Part shown: positions 28,786 through 38,592 of the stretch, piece by piece
Position numbering within the stretch: position 1 is the stretch's first letter
How the letters are laid out: each line of letters opens with the position of its first letter
Assembly: GCA_965203905.1 (NCBI GenBank)
Contig: CBDBDQ010000005.1
Span: 4,512,001-4,576,000, forward strand
Length of the DNA: 64,000 bases
Direction: 5' to 3'
From: Spirochaetia bacterium
GTDB lineage: Bacteria > Spirochaetota > Spirochaetia > SZUA-6 > Bin103
Program-made: the position numbers and the translations under genes
The notes under the pieces: generated by a model
Database searches by the model: none
What the model saw: the letters and a program-made list of their open reading frames with translations, nothing else
Told to the model about the DNA's origin: nothing

Positions 28786-30132
28786 ATGTCATCGCCGAAC
28801 CTCTCCACCAGCCGCTTCCTGCCGATGAACCGGCACCAGGAATACCCGCTGATCGTGCGTGCCACGGGCCGGCGCCTCTACGCCGCCGATGGGCGCGAGT
28901 ACCTGGACGGAGCCTCCGGAGGGGTCGGCGCGGCCAACATAGGCCACGGGGTGCCGGAGGTGCTGGAGGCGATCGCAGAGCAGAGCCGCACCCTGTGCCA
29001 TGCCAACGCCTCGCTGTTCCTCAACCGGCCGGCCCTGGAGCTGGCCGACCTGGTGATCGAGCACTTCGCACCGGACGCCATGGAGCGGGTGTATTTCGTC
29101 TCCACCGGCACCGAGGCCAACGAGCTGTGCATCAAGCTGGCGCGCGTGTGTCACCTGAACCGCGGCGAGCCGCTGCGTCACAAGATCATCACCCGCTGGG
29201 GCGGCTATCACGGCAGCTCGCTGGCGACCCTGGGCTACGCCGGACGCTCCAGCCGGCGTCGCCAGTTCGACCCGTACTACTTCCCCGCCACCCGCATCGC
29301 CCCGGCGTATTACCTGCGCCACGGTGCCGGCCTGGACGAGGAGCAGTACGCCGCGGTAGCCGCCGCGGCGCTGGAGGACGCCATATTGCGTGAAGGGCCG
29401 GAGACGGTCTCCTGCTTCGTGGCCGAGCCGCTGGTCAACACCATGGGCGCGTGTCCCGCGCCGGCCGGCTACTTCCAGCGCGTGCGCGAGATCTGCGACC
29501 GCTACGGCGTGTTGCTGGTATGCGACGAGGTGGTGACCGGCTTCGGCCGCACCGGCCGCAATTTCGGCATCGACCACTGGCAGGTGAGCCCCGACCTGAT
29601 GGCCTGCGGCAAGGGGATCTCGGGAGGGTACACGCCGCTGGCCTGCGCCATAGCCGGACGCACGGTGTGGGAGGCCCTGGAGCGAGACTCGAGCGGCGCC
29701 ACGGTGGTGGGCCACACCCACGCCGCCAACCCGCTGTCCGCGGCCACCGGCCGTGCCGTGCTGCGCTACATCCTCGACCACGACCTGGTGCGCCGCTCCG
29801 AGGAGCTCGGCGGCGAGCTGCTGGCGCGGCTGCAGGAGGCTCTCGGCGCCCACCCGCACGTCGGCGACATCCGCGGCAAGGGGCTGCACCTGGCGGTGGA
29901 GCTCGTGGCCGACCGCGACACGCTGGAGCCGTACGCGGCCGAGTGCAACATGGCGCAGCGCGTCTACCAGGCGTGCATGGAGAACGGGCTCAATCTGTGC
30001 CCGGTGCACGGCGACTCCGACGGCCAGCGCGGCGACAGCCTGATCATCAAGCCGCCGTTCACCTCCACCAGCGCCGAGCTGGAGGAACTGGTGGATCGGC
30101 TGGCGCGCGCCCTGGGAGGCCTCGACTGGTAG
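28786..30132 (+). CDS. Class III PLP-dependent aminotransferase
   Basis: YLDGASG, STGTEANE, YHGSS, DEVVTGFGRTG, PDLMACGKG and GHT. Confidence 0.93.
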   Translation: MSSPNLSTSRFLPMNRHQEYPLIVRATGRRLYAADGREYLDGASGGVGAANIGHGVPEVLEAIAEQSRTLCHANASLFLNRPALELADLVIEHFAPDAMERVYFVSTGTEANELCIKLARVCHLNRGEPLRHKIITRWGGYHGSSLATLGYAGRSSRRRQFDPYYFPATRIAPAYYLRHGAGLDEEQYAAVAAAALEDAILREGPETVSCFVAEPLVNTMGACPAPAGYFQRVREICDRYGVLLVCDEVVTGFGRTGRNFGIDHWQVSPDLMACGKGISGGYTPLACAIAGRTVWEALERDSSGATVVGHTHAANPLSAATGRAVLRYILDHDLVRRSEELGGELLARLQEALGAHPHVGDIRGKGLHLAVELVADRDTLEPYAAECNMAQRVYQACMENGLNLCPVHGDSDGQRGDSLIIKPPFTSTSAELEELVDRLARALGGLDW

Positions 30133-30273
30133 CGGCAGATGCGTCGCTGCGCAATGTCACGGCTGCCGCGACGTTATTACCTTGAGTCGGTACGGGGACA
30201 CGCTGATGAACGGTTCATCGACAGAGGATGCAGCGGCGCGGGCGCGGACGCCGTCGCAAGGACGGAGGCGGCG

Positions 30274-31542
30274 ATGCCTCCGGTAGCGCGCGTCAAGGGG
30301 ACGCAGGACTTCTATCCCGAGGCCTGGGAGCAGCAGGTGGCGTTGCGCGACATCATGCTGGCGGCGGGCCGCGCATACGGCTACCGGGAGTATGAGGGCC
30401 CGCTGATCGAGTACCTGGATCTGTACCTCGGCAAGAGCAGCGAGGAGATCGTCAGCCGGCAGACGTTCCGCATCCAGGATCGCGACGGCAAGGCGCTGCT
30501 GCTGCGTCCCGAGCTTACGCCGACCCTGGCGCGGATGATCGCCGCGCGGGAGCGGGAGATTGCGCTGCCGGCGCGCTGGCAGTCGTTCGGCCAGTTCTTC
30601 CGCTACGAGCGGCCGCAGCGCGGCCGCGGGCGCTCATTCTTCCAGTGGAACGTGGACCTGCTCGGCAGCGAGAGTCCGGTGGCCGACGCCGAGGTGACAC
30701 TCGTCGCCTGCGCCCTGTTCCGAGCCCTCGGGCTCGGCGCGGACGAGGTGCGGATCAAGATCAACGACCGCGCGGCCGTGGAGGCTGACCTCGTCGGCGA
30801 GCTGGGGGTGTCGCAGGACCAGGTGCGCGGCGTGTTCCAGGTGATCGACCGCCTCGACAAGGTCGGCCCCGAGCGCGCCTGCGGCCAGCTCGGCGAGCTG
30901 GGGCTCGGGCCGGGGCAGGCACAGGAGCTGGTGGCGTACGTCGGCTCCCCGGTGGACGCTCCGTCGCAGCGCCTGGCCGCGATCGTCGAGCAGGTGGAGA
31001 TCGCCGGGCAGGACGGTTACGTGGAGCTGGACCGCGCCGTCGTACGCGGCTTCGACTACTACACCAGCACGGTGTTCGAGGCCTGGGCCACCGGCGACCT
31101 GCGGCGGGCCATCTTCGGGGGCGGGCGCTACGACGACCTCACGCGCCAGGTGGGCGGCAAGCAGCGGGTGCCCGGCGTGGGCATGGCGGTGGGCGACCTG
31201 GCGCTGCTGGAACTGCTGCGCGCGCTGGAGCGGCTGCCGGCTCCCGTCGCCGGGAGTCCGACGGCGGTGGTGACCGTTTTCGACGCGAAGCTACAGGCGG
31301 CTTCGGCACGCATCGCCGACGGCCTGCGCCGGCGTGACGTGGCCGTGGAGTTGTGCCTGGAACCCGATCAACGTCTCGAACGGCAGTTGAAGCACGCCGA
31401 CCGCGTGGGGGCGCGCTACGCCCTGATCGTCGGTCCCGACGAAGCGGCCGCCGGTACGGTGGTGGTCAAGGATCTGCAGCAGCGCAGCCAGGAGACGGTT
31501 CCGGCCGGCGACCTGGACGCATTGGCGGCACAGCTCCAATAA
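30274..31542 (+). CDS. hisS: Histidine--tRNA ligase
   Basis: VKGTQDF, LRPELTPTLAR, RYERPQRGR, VRGFDYY, GGGRYD and anticodon-binding domain; SD GGAGG. Confidence 0.96.
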   Translation: MPPVARVKGTQDFYPEAWEQQVALRDIMLAAGRAYGYREYEGPLIEYLDLYLGKSSEEIVSRQTFRIQDRDGKALLLRPELTPTLARMIAAREREIALPARWQSFGQFFRYERPQRGRGRSFFQWNVDLLGSESPVADAEVTLVACALFRALGLGADEVRIKINDRAAVEADLVGELGVSQDQVRGVFQVIDRLDKVGPERACGQLGELGLGPGQAQELVAYVGSPVDAPSQRLAAIVEQVEIAGQDGYVELDRAVVRGFDYYTSTVFEAWATGDLRRAIFGGGRYDDLTRQVGGKQRVPGVGMAVGDLALLELLRALERLPAPVAGSPTAVVTVFDAKLQAASARIADGLRRRDVAVELCLEPDQRLERQLKHADRVGARYALIVGPDEAAAGTVVVKDLQQRSQETVPAGDLDALAAQLQ

Positions 31543-31624
31543 CCTTCGAGACCAAGCCCCTTGCTGATTGCCGAGTGGTTCACCGCTCGCGGTCCGTGTG
31601 CGCAGCCGTAGTAGCGCGCAATCT

Positions 31625-32112
31625 TCAGCGGAATAGTCGCGCGTCCCACCACACCGGCGTCTCGAGTCCGGTAACGATTCGGGCAAATTCGGCGTGGGTC
31701 GTGTTGATGATTATGTTGTTCTCCAGGCGAGCTACTACAGAGGGCACTATCAAGATTGTACTGCGCTGTTGGGCGTACCACTGGTGACCAAATCGTCGGG
31801 CTGTCGTATTGATTGGTTTTTTTGCCAACCCGGCACCTGATGTTGGGTGACCACCTCGTAGCTGATACCAGACGGAATGGTAATTTCGAACATAGTGTTG
31901 ATTGTCCGGTGGGTCCCCGCTCCATCGAACCAGGTCTCAAGCATCGCGGTGGAGTAGTGTTCTGATGCATAGATCACACGGTCGCCAAGCTGGTGCCAGC
32001 GGCCGCGATCACTCCTGCGGGCGCCCTCCGCACTGTAGACAGGATACGTGCCGTTGGCATCGCCGATGCGGTACGCGGTTGTGACGACCGGCAGTTGCCG
32101 AGGGATGCTCAC
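31625..32112 (-). pseudogene. RES-domain toxin, frameshifted
   Basis: AYRIG, GRWH and AMLE in one frame; LVRWSGDPPDNQHY in a second; ILIVPSVVARLENNIIIN...WDARLF in ORF 31625..31828. About three single-base indels. Confidence 0.8.
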
Positions 32113-32582
32113 ACGGCAACGCCAGCCTCCGCCCAGCGCAGCAGACTCAGCACGGCTTCTGCGCCAGCGGAGCTGGATCGCGCCGAGTCCAAAGGCCTAC
32201 CACCGTTGAGCATCTGATGCGGGCGGTTAAGGAAGCCCTTAACCTGCTTAAGGTCGCCATGATAAGCGCGCCCAGCCGCGTCGATTACGCGCCCAAGAGA
32301 ATAGATCCGTTCGCTGTGCTCCTTCGACAAGGCTTTGCCGCTCTTCTTCAGGCGTTGTAACGTGCCACTCGAAATCACCGGCCCTACAATCTCGGAACGG
32401 TCCAGGTCGAGAACCTGGACCAGCGCATTGATGCAATGAGGCGGTAGCCCGTTCGCTACCATGTGCGCGAGAGCCACCTCATCAAACTCCTCGGTTACGT
32501 CCAGCGAGAGCAGCCTGGCGAGCCGCAATGGCTCGCTCTCTACCAAGGCGTTGGGACTGGCGTAGGCTTGGAGTGGATTCAT
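32109..32582 (-). CDS. Xre/MbcA/ParS-type antitoxin
   Basis: HTH TLQRLKK, LSKEHSERI and FLNRPHQMLNGGRPLD...GAEAV; 4-bp overlap with the RES gene. Confidence 0.88.
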   Translation of the reverse strand: MNPLQAYASPNALVESEPLRLARLLSLDVTEEFDEVALAHMVANGLPPHCINALVQVLDLDRSEIVGPVISSGTLQRLKKSGKALSKEHSERIYSLGRVIDAAGRAYHGDLKQVKGFLNRPHQMLNGGRPLDSARSSSAGAEAVLSLLRWAEAGVAV

Positions 32583-32635
32583 CAGCTCCTAATCAGTTGT
32601 GTTGAAAGCGTGCGGTGCAAGATAGGCTGGCTGCC

Positions 32636-34036
32636 TTACGCACCGGCGCCGAGGAAGTGGGCGTCCTGCTCCTTGCGCAGCGCCCACAGCGTCGAACCCG
32701 CGGGGCGCTCGACCATGGCGGCCGTGATCACGGACCCGGCTGGCACGTCGCAGGCCAGGCGGTTGCCGTTGCCCAGGTGGAACGGCAGCGGCGCCGCGGC
32801 CGCCACCGGCACCGCCGGCAGCATCAGCGACTGCAGCTTCGGGCTGTGGTCGTCCGGAAACGTGTCTCCGGCGCTCAGGTCGACGTTGGCGCGCGCTACC
32901 ACGTCGACCCGTGGCAACAACTCGCTGGTACCGGTAGGCGCCCCCAGGAGCCCGGCCCACAGCATGCTGAGCGGGGTCTCCACGCCGCACAGGTGGTAGG
33001 GGCGGTAGATCAGGGCGGCGCTGCCGCGGCGGTTGGCGAGCAGGCCCTTGCCCACCATGATGCGGCGCGAGTAATCGCTGGCGCTGTCCACCACCACGAA
33101 CACGCCGCCGCCCAAGCCCGCCTCCTGCGGCTGGCGGAGACAGATCACGGCATCGATCGCGCCATCACGGGTGAGGATGCCACCGTCTTCGCGCGCGCAG
33201 AGCACTTCCGGGATCTCCGCCACGCACACTATGGGTGCGTGCAGTTCCGGTACGTCGGGCAGCAGACCGGTGCCATTGGCGGCGATCGCCATCTCGCCGA
33301 GGTCCCAGCCGCCGACCGCGGGCAGCTCCCGCGCAATGTGGCGCCTGGTAGCTACTACGGGTTCGGCCGCCCGCGGCGGGATCGGATCGAAGGCGGGCGC
33401 GGTCGCGTCGTCCAGTGTCACCCGATAGTCGCGCTGCCGCGTCTGCCGGCTGACCGTGCGCTGCACCGGATCGTGCAGGTACTCGCCGTCGCACGCCTTG
33501 CCCCCGGCGATCACGTGCAGGCCCAGGGTGCGCGCCCAGTCGACCAGGCCGATCAACAGGCCGTGCTGGTCGCCGTCGACCGCGGTGTAGACTACTCCGG
33601 CGCGGTCGGCCCGGTGTTTCAGGATCGGTCCCACGGTGACGTCGGTTTCCTTGTTGACCATCGCCACGTGCTTGCCGTGCTGAATCGCTGCAGCCGCGTG
33701 GCGCGCCCCTGCTTCCGCGACCCCGGTGGCCTCCGCCACCAGCGTGATCGGCAGCTCCATCATCAGCGCGGCGTCTTCCAGCACCACCTTGGCGCCACGC
33801 TCCAGGGCGTCGAGCGCGGCGCCGCGGCTGGCGCAGACCGCGATGCGTTCGTCGTCCACGCCGGCGTGGCGGTACGCCTGGCGGCCCTTGTCCACGTCCA
33901 CGTCGGCCACCACGGCGACGTCCAGACGGGACATCGACTGCGCCTGGCAGACGATGGCGGTTGCGTAGTGACCGGTGCCGATCACCCCGGCCTTGACCAC
34001 CTGTTGTGGGGGTATCGAGTCGAGGGCGTGGATCAT
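32636..34036 (-). CDS. NAD(P)-dependent oxidoreductase with C-terminal SAF domain (homoserine dehydrogenase-like)
   Basis: GVIGTGHY Rossmann, HVAMVNKETD, DGDQ, YRPYHLCG and the SAF segment ARANVDLSAG...DVPAGSVIT. Confidence 0.85.
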   Translation of the reverse strand: MIHALDSIPPQQVVKAGVIGTGHYATAIVCQAQSMSRLDVAVVADVDVDKGRQAYRHAGVDDERIAVCASRGAALDALERGAKVVLEDAALMMELPITLVAEATGVAEAGARHAAAAIQHGKHVAMVNKETDVTVGPILKHRADRAGVVYTAVDGDQHGLLIGLVDWARTLGLHVIAGGKACDGEYLHDPVQRTVSRQTRQRDYRVTLDDATAPAFDPIPPRAAEPVVATRRHIARELPAVGGWDLGEMAIAANGTGLLPDVPELHAPIVCVAEIPEVLCAREDGGILTRDGAIDAVICLRQPQEAGLGGGVFVVVDSASDYSRRIMVGKGLLANRRGSAALIYRPYHLCGVETPLSMLWAGLLGAPTGTSELLPRVDVVARANVDLSAGDTFPDDHSPKLQSLMLPAVPVAAAAPLPFHLGNGNRLACDVPAGSVITAAMVERPAGSTLWALRKEQDAHFLGAGA

Positions 34037-34140
34037 GGGCGCAGTACACCGCAACCGGGGTGGCGGCGCAACCGGCGCCATCGGCCGGCGATTGACGGAC
34101 GGTCGGGAGGCGCAGGATCATCGGCGCCCGGAAGGTGACG

Positions 34141-34884
34141 ATGGCGAGCGGTGCACTGGCGGACGCGCAGGTTCGGGAGTTCCGGGAACGAGGCTACGTG
34201 GTGGTGCGCGGGCTGGTCTCGGCGGCGGAGCTGGAGCCGATGCTGGTCTCCTACCTGGCGGCGGCGCGTGGCGAGCGCATCGTCACCGGCTGGAATGACC
34301 GCCTGCAGCCGGGGCAGATCGTGCAGTTGGGGGACCCCTCGGCGAAGCTGGGCTGGCGCGGCATGCCCTACTTCGAGCGCATCTGCGCCATCGCCCGCGC
34401 GTTGGGCGGCGACGACATGGTGCTGGCCTACGACCAGATGATCTACAAGCAGCCGGGCCAGGAGACCGAGGTGCTGTGGCACCAGGACGCCGGCTACCAC
34501 TGGCAGGGCAGCGCCGGCGAGCGCGGCATCACCTGCTGGCTGGCGCTGGTGGACGTGACCCGCGACCAGGGCACCATGACCTTCCTGCCGGGAAGCCACC
34601 GCCACGGCATCGTGCCGCACCACTCGGCCCAGGACCGCAACCCGATCGGCGGCGCGCTGGAGGCGGAGGCGGACACCGGCGCCGCGGAGCAGGTGGAATA
34701 CCGCGCCGGCGACTGCAGCTTCCACCACGGCCGCACCCTCCACTACACCGGTGCCAACCGCACCGACCGGCCCCGCGCCAGCCTGTCCTCCCACTTCTGG
34801 CCGCTCGACTCCGCACGCCGCGACGCCCCCGAATGGTCCACGCCGGACTCGCCCGCCTCGGGCGCCTCGGGGAGCGGTGGTTGA
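34141..34884 (+). CDS. Phytanoyl-CoA dioxygenase (PhyH) family Fe/2OG dioxygenase
   Basis: FRERGYVVVRGL, WHQD, PGSH, HHGRTLH and NRTDRPR. Confidence 0.9.
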   Translation: MASGALADAQVREFRERGYVVVRGLVSAAELEPMLVSYLAAARGERIVTGWNDRLQPGQIVQLGDPSAKLGWRGMPYFERICAIARALGGDDMVLAYDQMIYKQPGQETEVLWHQDAGYHWQGSAGERGITCWLALVDVTRDQGTMTFLPGSHRHGIVPHHSAQDRNPIGGALEAEADTGAAEQVEYRAGDCSFHHGRTLHYTGANRTDRPRASLSSHFWPLDSARRDAPEWSTPDSPASGASGSGG

Positions 34885-34977
34885 CATGCGGCGCCGCGTT
34901 GTAGGGTATTACTTGCTGCGGCGACAGGCCCCCGCGGGTGTCGCCGACAACCATCTCAAAGGAGCAAAGGAGCTTCC

Positions 34978-36342
34978 ATGCGTAACCGCAATTCGCTCAG
35001 GACCCTCGGCCTGCTGCTCGTCGGGCTGGCGTTGGCCGCGGCCAACGTCTCTGCCGGCGGCGAGGACGAGGCCGCCGCCACCGGTCCCATCACCATCGGC
35101 CTGCTCAACGCCAAGGGCATGGCGTGGGCCAACAACGAGGATTTGATGGCCTCCCAGGCGGAGGAGTACAACCGCATCCATGGCACCGAGATCACCGTCG
35201 AGTCGTCGCTGGTGCCGTTCGAGAGCCTGCACGAGAAGGCGCTCACCGACTTCGTCTCCGGCACCGGTTCGTTCGACATGATCTCGGTGCTCGGCGACTG
35301 GCTGGCGGAGTTCATCCGCGGCGAGTTCCTGGAGCCGCTCGACGACTACCTCGCGGCTAGGCCCCCCGACGGCTACCCCGAGCAGTTCCCGCCGGCTCTC
35401 ATGTGGATGCAGACCGGCCCCGACGGCAGGATCTACGGTCTGCCGTTCCACGACGGACCGATCATGTTCTACTACCGCAAGGATCTGATCGCGGACCCGG
35501 ACAACCAGGCCGCGTACAAGGACCGCTACGGCTACGATCTGGGCGTGCCCAAGACCTGGGCGCAGTTCCGCGACCACGCCGAGTTCTTCACCACCGAGGA
35601 CAACTACGGCACCATCCTCGGCGCCAAGCAGGGCGGCCAGCAGCTCCCGTACGACTTCATGATCCTGCTCTACAACCACGGCGGGGAGATGTTCGACGAC
35701 GAGTGGCGCCCGGCGTTCAACGATGAAGCCGGTCTCGCCGCCATGGAGTTCTACGTCGACCTGCTCAACGTCTCCATGGTGGCCGATCCCGCTTCCACCA
35801 CCTGGGACGTGGGTGACAAGCTGGGACCGGTGCTGGAAGGCCGCACCGCGGTGGTGTGGGACTGGACCCACGTCGCGATGCTGTCGCTGCGCGAGGATCA
35901 GTCCAAGGTGGTCGGCCAGTTGGGCTGGACCACCATGCCGGTGGCGGAAGAGGGCATGACCCCCTACACCATGGACGACTACTGGGTGTGGTCGATCGGC
36001 TCGGCGAGCCGCCACAAGCAGCAGGTGTACGACTTCATCCGCTGGCAGGTAAGCCGCGAGAACGACGCCCTTACCTACACCAAGGGCAGCGGCGTGGGCG
36101 TGCGCTACGACAACTACCGCGACCCCGACATGATCGAGAAGTTCCCGTTCGTGACCGGCGTCGAGGAGGCGCTGAGCGTGAACTACTTCACGCCGCCGAA
36201 GGTTCCCGAGTATGCCCAGATCAACGACGTGATCGGCCTGGCCATGAGCGAGGTGATCGCCGGCCTGAAGGATGCGCAGACCGCGCTGAACGAGGCCGAG
36301 GAGAAGATCGACCAGATCATGCGCAAGGCCGGCTACTACTAG
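34978..36342 (+). CDS. Sugar ABC transporter substrate-binding protein
   Basis: Signal peptide, IYGLP, FYYRKDL and VPKTW (CUT1 family); SD AAGGAG. Confidence 0.92.
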   Translation: MRNRNSLRTLGLLLVGLALAAANVSAGGEDEAAATGPITIGLLNAKGMAWANNEDLMASQAEEYNRIHGTEITVESSLVPFESLHEKALTDFVSGTGSFDMISVLGDWLAEFIRGEFLEPLDDYLAARPPDGYPEQFPPALMWMQTGPDGRIYGLPFHDGPIMFYYRKDLIADPDNQAAYKDRYGYDLGVPKTWAQFRDHAEFFTTEDNYGTILGAKQGGQQLPYDFMILLYNHGGEMFDDEWRPAFNDEAGLAAMEFYVDLLNVSMVADPASTTWDVGDKLGPVLEGRTAVVWDWTHVAMLSLREDQSKVVGQLGWTTMPVAEEGMTPYTMDDYWVWSIGSASRHKQQVYDFIRWQVSRENDALTYTKGSGVGVRYDNYRDPDMIEKFPFVTGVEEALSVNYFTPPKVPEYAQINDVIGLAMSEVIAGLKDAQTALNEAEEKIDQIMRKAGYY

Positions 36343-36363
36343 CAGCCCGGCCAGCCACGCGGC

Positions 36364-37407
36364 GTGAGCACCAGCGCCCCGAAACCGTCGCCTCGCGGCG
36401 TCGTTTTCGGCCCATCCCCACCGACCGTACGGAGCGCTGGCGGATCTGCCGCTGACGCGTCAATCCGGCAGGCTCCTAGCGCAGCGTCCCAGCCCCCACC
36501 GGCACCGCCGCCGGCCCCCACGGCCCGGCGGCGGTCGCCGTTCTTCATCCATCCAAACAAGCGCGTGCCGCTGCTGATGATGCTGCCGGCGCTGATCGTG
36601 CTGCTCGGAGTGGGGGTGTTTCCGCTCGGCAACTCGCTGCGGCTGGCGATGTCGCGCTGGACCCTTACCAAGGATCCGGCGCCGGTGTTCGCGGGTGCCG
36701 AGAACATCCGCGAGATGCTGGCCGATCCCCGCTTCGGCACGTCACTGAAGGCGACCACCGTGTTCACGGTGGGGTCGGTGACCAGCGAGCTGGTGATCGG
36801 GCTGGCGCTGGCGCTGCTCTTGTCACAGAAGCGCCGCTTCACCGAGGTGGCGCGCACCATCCTGCTGATCCCGATGATGATGACGCCGGTGGTGGTGAGC
36901 ATGTACTGGCGCTACATGCTGAACGGGGAGTTTGGCGTCATCAAGTACCTGCTGTCCCTGGTGGGCATCGACGCGCCGATCTGGACCGGCAAGGTGGCGT
37001 GGGCGATGCCCACCATCATCGTCATCGACGCCTGGCAGTGGACTCCGTTCGTGTACCTGATCCTGCTCGCCGGGCTGCAGAGCCTGCCACTGGACGTGAT
37101 GGAGGCGGCGCGCATCGACGGCGCCTCCGTCTGGCAGCGGTTCTGGCGCATCACCCTGCCGCTGCTGACGCCCTTCATCTACATCGCCGCCCTGCTGCGC
37201 TTCATGGACGCGTTCCGCTCCTTCGACATCGTGTTCGTGCTGACCGGCGGCGGCCCGGCCGACAGCACGCTCCTGGCCAGCATGTACGTCTACATGCAGG
37301 GGCTGCGCTTCTTCAACATGGGCTACGCGGCGGCGCTCTCCTACGTGATCGTGCTGATCGTGCTGGCGGCGGCCTACGTGTTCATCCGCCTGGAACGGGA
37401 GCAGTGA
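36364..37407 (+). CDS. Sugar ABC transporter permease 1
   Basis: DAWQWTPF, EAARIDGA and LTGGGP; start uncertain because of a Pro-rich N-terminus. Confidence 0.9.
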   Translation: MSTSAPKPSPRGVVFGPSPPTVRSAGGSAADASIRQAPSAASQPPPAPPPAPTARRRSPFFIHPNKRVPLLMMLPALIVLLGVGVFPLGNSLRLAMSRWTLTKDPAPVFAGAENIREMLADPRFGTSLKATTVFTVGSVTSELVIGLALALLLSQKRRFTEVARTILLIPMMMTPVVVSMYWRYMLNGEFGVIKYLLSLVGIDAPIWTGKVAWAMPTIIVIDAWQWTPFVYLILLAGLQSLPLDVMEAARIDGASVWQRFWRITLPLLTPFIYIAALLRFMDAFRSFDIVFVLTGGGPADSTLLASMYVYMQGLRFFNMGYAAALSYVIVLIVLAAAYVFIRLEREQ

Positions 37408-37409
37408 GC

Positions 37410-38225
37410 ATGCACAAGCGGCTATCCATCGGAGCGCAGAACCTGGCCATCGTGCTGGTGCTGATCGTGGTGACGTTCCCCTTCGTGTGGGTGTTCCTCG
37501 CTTCCTTCAAGCCGAAGCAGGAGGTCTACGCGTACCCGCCAAAGTTCATCTTCCGGCCCACCTTCGAGAACTACACCCAGGCCCTGATCCGGGAGAAGTT
37601 CTACACCCACTTCGTCGATTCCGCCGTGGTCACGGTGGGGAGCACCTCGATTGCCCTGGTGGCCGGCTCCCTGGTGGCCTACGGCATCGCCCGCCATCGC
37701 CTAGGCGGCACGCCGTTCCGCTTCTTCCTGCTTGCCATGCGCACGCTGCCGGCGATCGCCATCGTGATCCCGGTCTACACCATGTTTCGGGAGTTGCGGC
37801 TGCTGGACACCTACTGGGCCCTGATCCTGGTGTACCCGGTGTACATGACGCCGCTGGTGGCGTGGATCATGGTCGGCTTCTTCCGCGAGGTCCCGCGTGA
37901 GATGGAGGAGGCGGCGCTGATCGACGGCTGCTCTCAGTGGGGCCTGTTCTGGCGCGTCGTGGTGCCGGTGGCCGCCCCCGGCCTGGTGGCGGTGGCGATC
38001 CTCAACTTCATCGGCGGCTGGAACGAGTTCCTGTTCGCCCTGATCCTCACCAGCCGCGACATCCAGACCACCCCGGTCGCCGCCGCCGGCTTCTCCACCA
38101 ACAAGGGCATCCTCTGGGGCGAGATGGCCGCCGTCGGCGTGACCGCCTCGATCCCGGTCATAGTCTTCGCCCTCATCGTCCAGAAACGCCTGGTCCGCGG
38201 CCTCACCCTCGGCGCCGTGCAGTAG
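37410..38225 (+). CDS. Sugar ABC transporter permease 2
   Basis: EEAALIDG, WNEFLFA and RGLTLGAV. Confidence 0.92.
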   Translation: MHKRLSIGAQNLAIVLVLIVVTFPFVWVFLASFKPKQEVYAYPPKFIFRPTFENYTQALIREKFYTHFVDSAVVTVGSTSIALVAGSLVAYGIARHRLGGTPFRFFLLAMRTLPAIAIVIPVYTMFRELRLLDTYWALILVYPVYMTPLVAWIMVGFFREVPREMEEAALIDGCSQWGLFWRVVVPVAAPGLVAVAILNFIGGWNEFLFALILTSRDIQTTPVAAAGFSTNKGILWGEMAAVGVTASIPVIVFALIVQKRLVRGLTLGAVQ

Positions 38226-38243
38226 AGGTCGCAGTTGGAACTG

Positions 38244-38579
38244 ATGGAACTGATCACCCAGGCTCCTTGGCGCGAGGCGGTGACCTACCGGCACACGTGG
38301 CCCCATGAGTACGTACTGATCAAGAAGGACCGTCAGCAGGCACTGCTCTCTGCCATATGCGGTCGAATTGCGAACGGAGAAGGGGTCGAGGGCCACTTCT
38401 TCAGCAAGAAGTTCACCTATCTGTTCATTGGCGACTACAAGTACTGGACCTACACACCGTGCGCCGAGATCGAACTCGACGCCACCGAGGAGGACTTTGT
38501 CCTCAACCGGGCGATGCTATACCGTGATCACAGAGACTTCGACGTTCGACCAGGCGATACGGGTAGAAGGATCCAATAA
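38244..38579 (+). CDS. Small hypothetical protein (WREAVTY...WPHEY motif)
   Basis: Compact ORF with protein-like composition, followed by an SD-led downstream gene. Confidence 0.65.
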   Translation: MELITQAPWREAVTYRHTWPHEYVLIKKDRQQALLSAICGRIANGEGVEGHFFSKKFTYLFIGDYKYWTYTPCAEIELDATEEDFVLNRAMLYRDHRDFDVRPGDTGRRIQ

Positions 38580-38592
38580 GGAGGACACAACG

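Noticed and set aside
32636-34036. Flagellar FlgA or true homoserine dehydrogenase
   Set aside because: The SAF domain is fused to a Rossmann oxidoreductase and there is no flagellar or threonine-pathway context.
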